Shown here: positions 12,879 to 26,578 of the stretch, piece by piece
Layout: every line of letters starts with the position of its first letter
Numbering within the stretch: position 1 is the first letter of the stretch
Assembly (NCBI RefSeq): GCF_006345805.1
Contig: NW_021835211.1
Location: 1-46,113 of the forward strand
Length of the DNA: 46,113 bases
Direction: 5' to 3'
Origin: Octopus sinensis
Taxonomy: Eukaryota
Notes under the pieces: model-generated
What the model was told of the DNA's origin: nothing
The model's input: only the letters and a program-made list of their open reading frames with translations
Databases searched by the model: none
Position numbers and translations under genes: made by a program

Positions 12879-13192
12879 GGTGCAATGGCCCAGTGGTTAG
12901 GGCAGCGGACTCGCGGTTGTAGGAATGCGGTTTCGATTCCCAGATCGGGCGTTGTGAGTGTTTATTAAGCGAAAACACTTAAAGCGCTACGAGGCTCCGG
13001 CAGGGGGATGTGCGGGTGGCGATCCTTGCTGTACTCTTTCGCCACAGTTTTCTCTCACTCTTTCTTCTGTTGGCCTGCTCGTTTAGCCAGCGGGGTGGCG
13101 TCATTTGAAGGCTAAAACAATGCGAAGCGCATTGTGACCAGCGATGTGTAGTAACATCTGATAGCCTGGTCGGTCACGGTGATCACGGTGAT
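12879..13192 (+). mobile_element. tRNA-derived SINE (family 3), apparently full length
   Basis: A box TGGCCCAGTGG, B box GGTTTCGATTCC, non-tRNA body, 3' tandem (CACGGTGAT)2 tail. Confidence 0.75.
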
Positions 13193-13445
13193 ATATATAT
13201 ATATATATATACACATGTGTGCGCATATGCTTGCGTGTGTGTGTATTTACATATAGATAAACGGACACACACACACGCACGTGTGTGTGTGTATGTGTGT
13301 GAGTGTGTGTGTATTTGTTATAGACGCATCATCGACGGTGGATTTGTCAGGGTTGATGCAAGAATCTCACCTGCAGGAAATTACTCCTGTCGGAACAGAT
13401 TTATGATGAGGACTTAAGTGTCCTAACCATTTCGTTCTTTTCCGA

Positions 13446-13892
13446 ACTCTTTTACTCTTTTACGTGTTTCAGTCATTTGACTGTGGCCATGCTGGAGCAC
13501 CGCCTTTAGTCGAGAAAATCAGCCCCAAGACTTATTCTTTGTAAGCCTGGTACTTATTCTGTTTTGCCGAACCGCTAAGTTGCGGGGACGTAAACACAGC
13601 ACCATCGGTTGTCAAGCGATGTTGAGGGGGACAAACACAGAACACAAACATGTACACACACATACATACATACATACATACATACATACATACATACATA
13701 CATACATACATGCATACATATACATATATACGACGGGCTTCTTTCAGTTTCCGTCTACCAAATCCACTCAGAAGGCTTGGGACGGCCCGAGGCTATAGTA
13801 GAAGACACTCGGCCAAAGTGCCACGCAGTGGGACTGAACCCGGACCCATGTGGTTGGTAAGCAAGCTACTTACCACACAGCCACTCCTACGC
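13446..13892 (-). mobile_element. SINE family 1, full length with internal (TATG)n
   Basis: tRNA-like head at 13892-13830, body, internal microsatellite ~13650-13730, tail ending (TAAAAGAG)2. Confidence 0.9.
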
Positions 13893-14019
13893 TACATACT
13901 TACACATACTTATGTCGGGCTACATCTTCCAGGATGTCCTTCATTTACACACGACGATACGATATCATAGGAAAGACAACTGCTATTTCTAACGATGTCT
14001 TAGACACCCACTCTTTAAC

Positions 14020-14079
<60 letters not shown>

Positions 14080-14119
14080 CGATGATGATGATGACGATGA
14101 CGATGATGACGATGACGAT

Positions 14120-14170
<51 letters not shown>

Positions 14171-14468
14171 CGATGACGACGGCGACGACGAAGCATCCGC
14201 CTGTCTATCCTTGTAGCACTGCTTCCGTCGGCGGTCTCTATCCAAACCGAGGCTCGTCTCGCCTCTGCTGTTTGTTCGCTCCTCATCGAATGTTCTGTTG
14301 TTGTATTCGAGGCCAGTAAATCTTCGATTTGATTGACGCATCACAACACACTGACATCGCACTGTCTCCCCTACATCATCGGCAATCCCACTTTTCGTTA
14401 GCCATCATCATGATCATCGTCGTCGTCGTCGTCGTCATCATCACCATCATTGCCATCATCATGATCAT

Positions 14469-14502
<34 letters not shown>

Positions 14503-14959
14503 GCCATCACCATCATCATCATCATCGTCGTCGTCATCATCATCATCATCATCATCATTCTCATCATCATCATCATCATCATCATCATCACGAACATCAC
14601 TTCTTCCCTTCCCCTAACAAACTCCCCAACACTATCGCCGCCACACAAATTTATATTGCGCTACCACCACCGCCACCACCATTACTACCATCAACAACAA
14701 CAACAACAAACCCATATCACATAGTCAATACTATGATGATGATGATGATAATGATGGTGACGGTGAAGAATATGAAGATGATGATGATGATGTAGTGGTG
14801 GTTGTGGTGATGGATTTGATGATGATGATGATAACGACGACGACGACGGCCGTGGCCTTCATCATTACTATTCATATAATCACCACCACCACCACCACCA
14901 CCACCACAATCACTACCACAACTACATTTTGTGTTAATATTATTTTTCTAGTCTTACTA

Positions 14960-15029
<70 letters not shown>

Positions 15030-15139
15030 TACCAAGGCCACAACTACAACCACCACCACCACCACAACAATCACTACCATAACTACGTTTTATGTTATTA
15101 TTTTTCTAGCCTTACTACTACTGCCACTACTACTACTAT

Positions 15140-15174
<35 letters not shown>

Positions 15175-15601
15175 TTACTACTACTACTACTACTACTACT
15201 GCTACTACTACCACCACCACTACTACCACCACCACCACTACTGCTACTACTACTACAACTATTACTACTACCACTACCACTACTACTACTACATATATCA
15301 TTTCCACTAATTTCACAGCTACTACAATTTCTACTACTATTATTAATCATCATTATTCTTAATGTTTATTAGTTTTTATGTTTATTATGTACTTCATCAT
15401 CATATTATTGCTGTTGTTGTTGTTGCTGTTATTATCATTATTATAATTATTATTATTATAATATATATTATTATATTATTATTATTATTATTATTATTAT
15501 AATTATTCTTATTATTATTTATTATTATTATTATTATAATATTTTATTATTATTATTATTAATTATTATTATTATTATATTATTATATATTATTATTATT
15601 A

Positions 15602-15685
<84 letters not shown>

Positions 15686-16623
15686 ATTATTCTAGTATTA
15701 TTATTATTATATTATTATTATTATAATATTATTATTATTATTATTATTATTTATTATTATTATTATATATTCGTGTTGCTATTTTTACGTTTTTTTGTTA
15801 TATTTTTAGTCCATATGTATTTTGTTTGCATGTAAACATATATGTCTGTGTGTATGTGTGTATATATTTGTGAGTATGTGTGTATTTGTGTGTGTGTGTG
15901 TGTGTGCGTGTGTGTGCGAGTGTGTGTGTTCTGACTGATTTTGTGTGGTTTTGTGTGCTCGCGTATGTGTGTGTATGTATGTATGCATGCATGTATGTGT
16001 GTGAGTGTATGTATATAGTGATTCCGAGTATCGTGTGTATATAAATATTTATATATATATATATATATTTATACACACTCGCATGTGTTGTGCGTGTGTG
16101 CGTTTATTGAATTTTTGACGTTTTGTTTTTCCTCCTACTTTCACCCAGTTGCCCCTCCCCCTCATCCTGTTATACCTGCATCTTCTTCGCCATCTCCAGA
16201 AATCCAGTTACCCACCCCCGCTTACCATCACCACCACTACCACCACCACCACGACAGAAACAACAACAACAGCAACATCAATCGCCAACACCACTACTAC
16301 CAATGCAACAAATACTGCTACCACCACTGCTACAACCAACACAAACACCACCATCATCACCATCATCATCGCCAATGCATTAACCATATTCACTACCACC
16401 ACAACAACAGCAACAGCAAGGTCACCACCACCATCACATATATGTTGTTACCCATGGTCGAGACCACCTCTACCACCACCAACACAACATCCTATACCAC
16501 AACCGCAACTACAACCTCAACCACTACAATCACCGTTACATTAACCTCCTTCACCTGCAGCTCCACCACTACCACCACCACAAATATTGTCTACAAAAAA
16601 TACTACATCTACTACTGCTGCTC

Positions 16624-16656
<33 letters not shown>

Positions 16657-17163
16657 AAACTACTTCTACTACTACTACTACTACTACTAATAATAATAAT
16701 AATAATAATACAATCGTCAAAACCGTTGCAAGTACCACCGTCGCTGCTCTACCAACATCACCACTGCAACAACCACTGCACTCAACACCAGCGTTTCCAC
16801 CACTGCTACTACCACCGCTACAATAACCACCAGCACCACCGATCCCACCGATGTCACCCCCACCGACACCGCCACATTTGTCACTACTACAACAACAACA
16901 ACAACAGCCTCTATCACCACCGCTACCAACCACACAACCATCACCACTACAATAACGAAACGTTCCACCGACACCACCACCTCCTCGGCCGCCGCCTGCC
17001 ACCACCGCCAACGCCACCACCGCCGCCGCCACCAGCCATACCCCCCCTCTCCGCTGGAATGCAAAAGTGCAGCTAATGGGAAAAAGCTTTTAAGGTGGCA
17101 CGACCATTACTTAAGATGGGAATACAGAGATTGTGGGAGAGTAGAAACGGTTCCAGTCACACT

Positions 17164-17209
<46 letters not shown>

Positions 17210-17503
17210 GGTGTATATGCACATACACATTCACACAAGAAACATATGCATACACGCATTCAAATAAACACACACATTGAAAGCGCATATTCACAGAAAC
17301 TCGTACAGAGAGACACACACGCACAAAGACACACACCAGCCTATACCCTCACACACACATACGCATACACATATATACACATATACACGCATTATTCATT
17401 GACAAATCTACAATGCATATAAACACATTCATTCACGCGCATATACATATGCATGTATAAATATATGCATATATATATGCATGAATATATATGTAAATAT
17501 ATG

Positions 17504-17543
<40 letters not shown>

Positions 17544-17570
17544 CATTTGTATCTATGTATGTATACATAT

Positions 17571-17614
<44 letters not shown>

Positions 17615-17700
17615 CACACGCACACACACAAACACACATACACACACGCATAAGCGCGTGATATTCAAAGCTTAGAAGCATACACACAAAGAAGCGTGCT

Positions 17701-17762
17701 CACAATGCCACAGAGGCACATTCCCACACAATGCCACAGAGGCACATTCCCACACAATGCCA
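17701..17762. repeat. 26-bp tandem repeat, 2.4 copies
   Basis: CACAATGCCACAGAGGCACATTCCCA starts at 17701 and 17727, partial at 17753. Confidence 0.9.
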
Positions 17763-17815
17763 TTGACACGCGCACGAGTGTCGCACACATACACACACAC
17801 ACACATGTATGTACG

Positions 17816-17849
<34 letters not shown>

Positions 17850-18076
17850 TGTATGTATGTATGTATGTATGTATGTATGTATGTATGTATGTATGTCTGA
17901 TCTATGTATGTATGTATTATGTATGTATGTATGTATTATGTATTATGTATACATATATACGTACATTTATATAACACACCACGAAATAACATGAACACAT
18001 ATATGCAGACACATGCGCATGCATGTATATGTATTATATATATAATATATATATAAAATATAATATATATAAATTA

Positions 18077-18136
<60 letters not shown>

Positions 18137-18622
18137 CATATATAATATATATATAAATAATATATACGCGCACACACACACACAAACATAAACACGTATG
18201 TATACACACTGACCCACATAAATTATATGTATACACGGGGGCCCAGCGCTACGCGTGTGGTGTGACACATTGAGTGCATTGATATATATATATATATATT
18301 ATATATGTATTTATTATGTATGTATGTATGCGATGTATGTTATGTATGTATGTATGTATGTATGTAGCGTGAAACGATCGTACCAAATTAACGAAGTTAT
18401 TCTTGTTGCTTATTTTGATTATAATCACCCCATGGATTTATATGGATAACACCATACAAAATTCTGGTGCATCTAACTTAAGTACCATATTCATTTGAAT
18501 CTAAATTTTGGTGAACTTATATATATATACATATATATACACACAAAGATACACAAACACACACACACACGCACACCACACACACAACACACACACACAC
18601 ACGCACACGCACACACACACAC

Positions 18623-18719
<97 letters not shown>

Positions 18720-18728
18720 ACACACTGA

Positions 18729-19985
18729 CAAGGGTGCGTAAGGTATTTGAAGACATACCTTTTTTTGGTCACTGCTGCATTTTTTGCGAACTCTGTATAA
18801 TCTTTGTTTCGGCAAATAATAATGGCAGACCCTCAGCTTGCTCAAGAAATGGAGAGGTATGCTGTTATAGTGGTTGTTGAGGCTGAGCAAAGTGATTTAG
18901 GAATATCTCGAGTTTTAAAAGTTGCCAGATCTTTCGTCTACAAAGATTGTAAGGAGCTAGAGACTGAAGGTGGAAATGTATCACCAGTATCAAAGCATAA
19001 AAAGCATTCTAAAAGCTCTGAAATCATCAGAACACTTGAATTTATCCAGAAAGTTCAACAGACCATTGATTTCAATCCCAGAAAATCCATGAGGTCAATT
19101 GCAAAAGTTTCCATGTGTCAGAAGGAACAGTCAGAAATGTTGTCCACGAAGACATCAGATATAAGTCTTATATGATGAAGAAAAGTCAATTTGTCGCAAA
19201 ATGCAAAAAATCACATCAGACGTAAAATGTTCTTAAACAAACTGAAGTATCCAGCAGAAGAAGATTTGATTTGTTTTTTCTCAGTTGAGAAAAACTTCGA
19301 CCAAGATCAAAAAGTTAACTGAAGAAATGACAGGTGGTTATGTGCAGATCCTTCTGAATTTCCAAGTGTTATGCATACAAAAACTTTCTGCAACTGTCAG
19401 GGTGTTAAGGGTTGCCAGCAATGAAGGACATGTGATGCCTCCTTACTTCTTTCCACAAAGCCTTAGCTTTAATGCTGCCGCCCACATTGAGGTCCTGGAA
19501 ATAATTGTTAAGCCCTGGATAGACAGTGTATGCAATGGAAGGCCGTGTGTGCTTCAGTAAGACTCTGAACTATCACACATAGTTCTAGTAACAGAGTAAT
19601 GGATGGCTGAAAATTTTGATGATCACAAAACCCCTAACATTTGGCCTCCTAATTACCCAGATCTCAATCCACTGGACTATTTCACGTGGAGCGTTGTTGA
19701 GAGAGAGGTCAATGAACATGCCCATAACACCATAGATTTTATGAAAGCTGCCTTGGTCAGCGTAATGTCCGAAATGAACCAGGACCACTTGATTCGAGCA
19801 TGTAGATGATTTAGATCTCATATAGAAGCAGTTGTTGAAGCTGAAGGTGGATTTATTGAATAACATTACAGAAAAGAAGGTTTATTTTTATCCTCATTGC
19901 ATTTTTTGACAAATAGTTACTATCTGTAATTATATATTTGTTTGTTTTTTTTATATAATCATAAATATGTCCTCAAATATCTTAC
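18729..19985 (+). mobile_element. maT/DD37D Tc1-mariner element, decayed transposase
   Basis: TIR core GTAAG(G/A)TATTTGA(A/G)GACATA at 18738-18757 and 19966-19985; FFSVEKNF, Q*DS...WPPNYPDLNPLDY with 37 residues counted between the second and third D; ends EAEGGFIE*. Confidence 0.9.
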
Positions 19986-19989
19986 AGAT

Positions 19990-20305
19990 GGGGCCCACTT
20001 AGAATTTTCTTCCGGTCGAGTAACACATCCCGCTCAAAAGGTCCCTGAATAATGGTTGTTTAAGGATGTTGAAAGAACCACCCATGTTTCCAGAGGTGAG
20101 TTATTAAAACCCCAAAGAATCCTTCTCAACACATGGCTATGACGCTCCCCCACTACTTCTGCTCGTGTTCAGAGATGCACATATCGTCAGCCACTAAGGG
20201 ACATGGTCAACTGGTTAAGGTCAAACAACTGACAAGCAAATCTGTGGTATTGAGCAGAATATTTGCCGTAGCCCATCTTTTATACCAAGACAAAACAATG
20301 TACAT
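19990..20305. repeat. Unclassified interspersed-repeat-like segment truncating the maT right TIR
   Basis: Begins where the right TIR breaks off; recalled as a common octopus repeat, but single-copy in this window. Confidence 0.3.
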
Positions 20306-20314
20306 GTATTATTA

Positions 20315-20371
<57 letters not shown>

Positions 20372-20373
<2 letters not shown>

Positions 20374-20645
20374 TATGTTTGACTTTTGCTTTATGTCTGT
20401 ACAAGTTGGTTCCAAGTCTCACCCAGAGACCTCAAGAGACAACAGGTTGGAAGTTCTGTGCCATATATTTGGGGGGGGGGTTGTACTAGTGAATGTTCTA
20501 ATACATAAAAAATAAAATAAAAAAAATAAATAAATAAATAAAAGTTTGTTTTTAAACCTTGGGATTACATAGAGAGTATTTTGCGTAGGATATGAGCAGT
20601 TCCCATGAGCACTATCTTTTGAATTTCTGCCATTTTGGGGTTGGT
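20372..20645 (-). mobile_element. R4/Dong-like 3' end, split
   Basis: 20559-20645 encodes NPKMAEIQKIVLMGTAHILRKILSM; 20372-20460 is the 3' UTR; (TAA)n tail at 20310-20371. Confidence 0.85.
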
Positions 20646-20984
20646 TATTGATTTTATTATTATTATTATTATTATATTATTTATTATATTATTATTATTA
20701 TCCCCCTTGTTGTAAATGTCACTGACAATTATAGCGACAATTTTATTCCTTTTTGTTTCAACAAAATAGAATGCATACATACATACATACATACATACAT
20801 ACATACATACATACATACATACATACATACATACATACATAATTAAGATTCAGTTGAGTTAGGTACTTAAGTTGAGGCTCCAAAATCAGTCCGGTATGGT
20901 CCGCACAGTTCGAAGTTAGGTGAATAAAAAGCAAATAAGAAACAAGGACGTCCAGGTATCAGTGCACTACGGCCGTTTCAAGCT

Positions 20985-21125
20985 TGATCGCGGTTTGATT
21001 TCCGGACCGGGTACGTTGTGTTCTTGAGAGAAACACATCATATCATGTTGCTCTGCGTTCGGGAGAGTGGCAACTTCTGAGACATATTCTTTTTATGTAG
21101 ACATGGCTTGTTTCATGGTCCCAAT
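20985..21125 (+). mobile_element. CORE-like SINE fragment
   Basis: CGGTTTGATTTCCGGACCGGG...TTGTGTTCTTGAG.GAAACAC...CATGTTGCTC similar to 29620-29690. Confidence 0.45.
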
Positions 21126-21405
21126 AAAATAGGGGTAGAGGGATTATCTGGCATTCATTAATTTATCACCACTAACAAGAATTTAACGGTCAATTCCCAT
21201 TGGATTTAATTCTAAGTGCTTGTAAACAACATGCTGCATTGAGGCTCTTGAATGTGATAAGGATAAAGATGAATGTAGCTGTATCACCATTCCTCTTTCT
21301 TGACCCCCATTGTTTTCTTCTGTTACTCTAAATTATAGTAGGTTTTTAAGTACATTTTCCTTAAATTCATTCTGCCACAAATTTGCTAAATATATATATA
21401 CATAT

Positions 21406-21520
21406 TCTCCTCCTCCTCCTCCTTCTTCTTCTTCTTCTTCTTCTTCTCCTTCTTCTTCTTCTTCTTCTTCTTCTTCTTCTTCTTCTTCTTCTTCTTCTTC
21501 TTCTTCTTCTTCTTCTTCTT
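21406..21520. repeat. (TCC)/(TTC)n microsatellite
   Basis: Directly seen homopyrimidine tract. Confidence 0.95.
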
Positions 21521-21799
21521 CCCTATCAAGAATTCACAAAGACCTCGAACCCACAAGAGTAAACAAGAGAGACAGAGACAGGCAGAAACAAGGAAATTGC
21601 TACTTGTTTTTGAACATTATACAAATATTCTTTTTAAAAATCTTTTCTTTTATTTTTTCCAAATATAATTGTTTTCCATACTTACAGTTGAAAAAATCTC
21701 AATGACTGAAACCGGTACTGAAATGTTTTTTATAAAATTATTTTAGCATTTTCTATCTTGACTTTTTTCCACATATATATATATATAAAATGGTGTATC

Positions 21800-22205
21800 G
21801 TGTATGTTGAAAATCTATATGTTCATATGCGTCCGAGGAGAGCGGTTTATTTCAAATTGATGTAATGTTTTCATTGATCGATTAAATGGAGCCGCTTGAA
21901 ACGGCCACAGTGCATATTTGTCATTTACACAACGCTATTCTCCCCTTCCCTGATATCAGCCACACTCAATATGCCACCATATTTCCCTCTAACTAACACT
22001 CTTTGCACCCTTCTCCTTTTATCAAATAATAGCATAAACCCCCCACCCAGGCGGCCCATTATAGATTTTTATTGAAAATCCAATTAGCCTAACTGGATGT
22101 TAGTTTAACATGTATGCAAATTTTCAAGATTGGTTCACTGGTGTAGGCAGCAAGATGGTAACAGACAGATCAACAGACAGAAATTGCCATTTATGTAAAA
22201 TATAT
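21800..22205 (-). mobile_element. Possible Helitron-like non-autonomous fragment
   Basis: Minus strand reads TATATTTTACATAAATGGCAATTTCTGTCTGTTGATCTGTCTG, resembling Helitron 5' ends; no 3' CTAG or hairpin found. Confidence 0.3.
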
Positions 22206-22669
22206 ATATATACATATATATAAAATACAAAATGGAACAAGAACGCTAAACATCCAGAGAGTTAGGTGATATAAAAAAGGGACAACAAAACATCCAGATG
22301 AACGATACAAAGATAAAACAAGGACGGGTCATTCGGAGTTTTCTTTCCTCAGTCGAGTTTCAGATTATCTTTGCAATTTTGGCTGCTTATACTCGAGATT
22401 GCTCCAATCTGGCCAGCCCCTTGAAAGAATCTATTCTAACATGTATGTTAGAATATATACATGTATATATTCTAACATACATACATACATACATACATAC
22501 ATACATACATACATACATACATACATAAACGAGTGTTTGTATGTGCGCGCGCACTTGTGTGTATCCGAAGTTTCAGTTTGCTGAAGTTTAATAAATATGT
22601 ATTGTGTAAGCCTTCGGCTGAATGTTAAACTGATTTTATAAATAAAATGGCGAAAGGCATTAGATAGAA

Positions 22670-22700
<31 letters not shown>

Positions 22701-23128
22701 TAGATAGATAGATAGATAGATAGATACATACATACATACATACATACACACATACACACATACATACATACATACATACATACATGCATACATACATACA
22801 TTAATACATACATACATACATACACACATACATACATACATACATGCATACATTAATACATACATACATACATTAATACATACATACATACATGCACACA
22901 CACACACACGGAGCAAAGGATGACTGAAGTTGAGATCTTGGGAAGGGAATGCAAATCCTTATTTCAAATGCTACAAATGGTCACATTATATGGAACAATA
23001 AAAATCTGCAAGACCTTCTTAAGATTTAAACTATGATAGTTAAAACAAGATACTTTCCTTCTCAACCTTACAACCAAGTCAAAATTTACTCTAAAATTAA
23101 AAAGAGAAAGAGAAGACATACATACAAT

Positions 23129-23993
23129 CGAGGTCCCTTCAAAGAGCATCCGGACTGTTGCTATAGTAACAAAGCTAAAGCACGAAGAGTAAAGCTGCTT
23201 GGCACAGATTGACCTTGAAATCTGCTGTGCATGCGCACCAGGTTTTAACGTTGTAGCTCACTTCCGCTGTTTACCGCAGTGCTTGGAAGAAAGGTATGTA
23301 GCGTGTGATCGTCGCATTGACAATGACAGAGAAAGTTTTCATGGCGATACCTGCTCAGAGGCTTATACAAAGTTGCAGAAAGTATATGGAGAGGAATGTA
23401 TGAGCCGTACGAGGGGTTCAGACGTTTCAAGAGGGCCAAAAAGATGTCGATATTGACGAACGTATTGGAAAGACCCGAAACCAGCAGAGCTGAGAAAAAA
23501 GTTGCAGAGTAGATGTGCGTGCAGCTGTGAGGGGAAATCGTCGAATGACCATCCGTGAGTTATCAGGGGATGTGCAGATTAGTTACAGTTCAGTTCAGTC
23601 CATTATCATTGAAGATTTGGGTATGAGATGCGTGTCTGCCAGGTCTGTGCCAAAACTGCTTTCTGCTGACCAAAAAGACACTCGGGTTTCAGTAGCACAA
23701 GATCTCCTTGACTGAATCGAGAACGATGGAATCCTTTTGAAAACTTTGCGTAGGCCTCTGAGCAAGTCACACCAAACCTTTAGCAAAATTTGATGCAGAT
23801 TCTCTACTCAGCTCCACACGCTACACACCTTCCTTCCAAGCATTGCTATAAACAGAGGAAGTGAGATAGAACGTTAAAACGTAGTGAGGTTGCAAAACAG
23901 AGTTCAAGATCTATCTGTGCCAAGCGGCTTCACTCTGCGTGCTTTAGCTTCATTACTATGTCAATAGTCCGGATACTTATTGATCAGACCACG
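23129..23993. mobile_element. Mariner derivative with two inverted 5' ends
   Basis: Arms ~23129-23385 and ~23735-23993 are diverged reverse complements including the TIR, 5' UTR and start of the transposase; the middle encodes RRMTIRELSGDVQISYSSVQSIIIEDLGMRCVSARSVPKLL. Confidence 0.8.
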
Positions 23994-24697
23994 AACTACA
24001 TACATTCTTTTACTGTTATATTCTTTTTATTCTCTCTCTCTCTTTCTCTCTCTCTCTTTCTCTCACGCACACGCACACAGACACACACACAGACACACAC
24101 ACACACATACGGTTACTCTCTCTCCCCCATTCCTCTAAACCATATAAAGAGTGACTGGTGAAATCAACGGAACACCCAACCATGCAACCAATAAAAATTA
24201 TGTCGGCTATTATTTGAACACCACTTTTGCACTCGTTCTCCCTCTTTCTCTCACACACGCACGCACTCTCTCTCTCTCACTCTCTCACTCTCTCACTCTC
24301 TCTCTCTCACTCGCTCTCTCAGTCTCTCTCTCACTCGCTCTCTCAGTCTCTCTCTCACTCTCTCTCTCAATCTCTCTCTCCGCTCGCTCTCGCACTATCT
24401 CTTTCCCTCGCTATCTCTCTCTTACATTTACCCTCATTCTCTCTCGCCCTCTCCTATACTTTATCTTTTCTGCATAGTCTTTATTCTTTTCTCTCTCTCT
24501 GTTTTAGTAGCTTCTCACCTTCTCTTTTGTCCTTAACTCTCATACCTCATCCTCTTCCCCCTCTTTCACATACTAGCACAATACTCCTCATACTTCTCTA
24601 ACATATGGTACCCCACAACACCCGCTAAAAATCTACACATATACATACCTACATAAATACACACCTACACACAAATGTATACAAGCATACACACACA

Positions 24698-24741
<44 letters not shown>

Positions 24742-25260
24742 TTGTATATATGTATACGAGTGTGTATATGTTTGTGTATGTGTGTGTGTATGAGTTTGTG
24801 TGAGTGTGTATGTGTGTGTGTGTGTGTGTGTGTGTACTTTTGCCACAATGTACGACCACTCCTGCCAAAAGTCCATTTACTCGGCGTCAGAACGCCGCCA
24901 TCTTGCATCACATTTTCCCGCCTCTTCAGAGTGAATTTTACACTAAACCAAACTCCCTGGGAATGGGTGCCACTCAACTTCTTTGACAGCTTCCAAGAAT
25001 TTTCTCAGCTGCTTTTTCATATTCTTTTCTAGCTTTTACAAATTCCTTTCTCTCTCTCTCCAGACTCTTCTTCTCTCCATCACTTCTCTTTCACTCTGTC
25101 CCCTTTTCTACTATTTTTCTTTCTCTCTCTCACTCCACACCCTCTCCCCTCTCTCCTTCTCTCCTCCTCCCTTTGTCTCTCCTTTTCTATTCGCTCCACA
25201 CTCTCTCTCGCTCTACACGCTCGCGCTCTACTCTCTCTCTCACTCTAATCTCTCTCTCTG

Positions 25261-25307
<47 letters not shown>

Positions 25308-25356
25308 GTCAGTCTGTCTGTCTATCAGTCTATCTGTCTGTCTGTCTATCAGTCTA

Positions 25357-25425
<69 letters not shown>

Positions 25426-25433
25426 ATATCTAT

Positions 25434-25543
<110 letters not shown>

Positions 25544-25984
25544 CTTCCACTATCGTTCCCCTTTCTCGCTTTCCCTTATCTTATTCCATCTATCTTTCAC
25601 TAACTCTCTCTCATTCTTTCCTCTCTCTCGCTCCCTTTCTCTCCCCCCTCTCTCTTCCGCTCTCTTTCGTCCTGCTCCTTTTTTTCCATTTCAATGTTCA
25701 AATTGTTAGCAAATTATTAGTCATGGTCCCGTAGCTGAAGCAAAAGATCCACGACGGCCAGAGAAATTCTTAAATTCAAAGTTTAGAGGATAAGATCAGG
25801 GTTTAATGTTTAAGGAGAATTAAGGGTTTAGGGGATTTTGCCTTTGTTTCTCAATAGAGTAATTTTATTTCTATCGAACTAGCTCAACACCGAAACATAG
25901 AGAACATTTTAAAGCGTTCGTCATTAGAATTAGTTGACAAGTTTTGTATTTCGATAAATGCTTGTCAATAGGAATTGAATTGGG

Positions 25985-26299
25985 TAAGGTCACTGTGACC
26001 ATGGAATAGCACCAAAAAAGGTCCCCCGCGAGACATAAGTCCGGACAAGACCGTTTGTGGAAGAACAGCAATCGCCCAAGCATACCAGTCCTCTCTTCAC
26101 CATGCCACTGATGTCATCCATGAGAAAGGCAAAGGCCGATACGGCTTGGCACCAGTGACTTAGTAACTCATTTCTATAGCTGAGTGAACTAAGTAACATG
26201 AAATATAGTGTCTTGCTCAAGAACACAACAAAAAGCCTGCTTCAGGAATCTAACTCACACCCTCACGATTGTAAGAGTAATGCTCTAACCACGGAGCCA
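25985..26299 (-). mobile_element. tRNA-derived CORE-like SINE
   Basis: Minus strand TGGCTCCGTGGTTAGAGC (A box), GAGTTAGATTCC (B-box-like), TGTGTTCTTGAGCAAGACAC...CACTCAGCT...AAATGAG (CORE-like). Confidence 0.7.
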
Positions 26300-26578
26300 G
26301 AAATACAGTTTTTTTTTTTTAATTCGTTTGCTTTTATTATAAATTTGGCTAAGAAGCAACAGCAAAGCCAAGGGCCTTTGTAGTTCTTTTTCTCCTAACC
26401 TGGTGAGTTTGCTGTCCATCTTTGGACATCTGACGGAGAGTATCTGCAGAAAATACCACCAAAACGGAAAACAGGCTAGATCCTCATCCAAATTCTTGCA
26501 ACATATTGAATCCGACCACTTCTATAAAGGACAAAAACCCACAAAAACCGTTAGATTCACTTCAACAGTTAAATTTAA

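Noticed and set aside
12879-12950. Functional tRNA genes at SINE heads (also 1584, 13892, 26299, 29572)
   Set aside because: No complete cloverleaf or acceptor stem; each continues into a repeat body.
12598-13192. 5S-derived SINE (SINE3) made of the 5S copy plus downstream sequence
   Set aside because: The 5S copy is followed by ~160 bp of simple repeat, and the next element has its own tRNA head.
13403-13437. Hammerhead-like AUGAUGA-GGAC(UUAAGU)GUCC-UAAC
   Set aside because: Good stem II, but G12, A15.1, the 3:8 pair and stem I are all broken; possibly a relic but not supportable.
16140-17070. Mucin-like Thr/Pro-rich ORFs
   Set aside because: Degenerate ACC/AAC/ACT repeat mosaic open in multiple frames on both strands; no signal peptide or supported splice structure.
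17701-17762. CRISPR-like repeat
   Set aside because: Direct tandem copies without spacers, in eukaryotic DNA with no cas genes.
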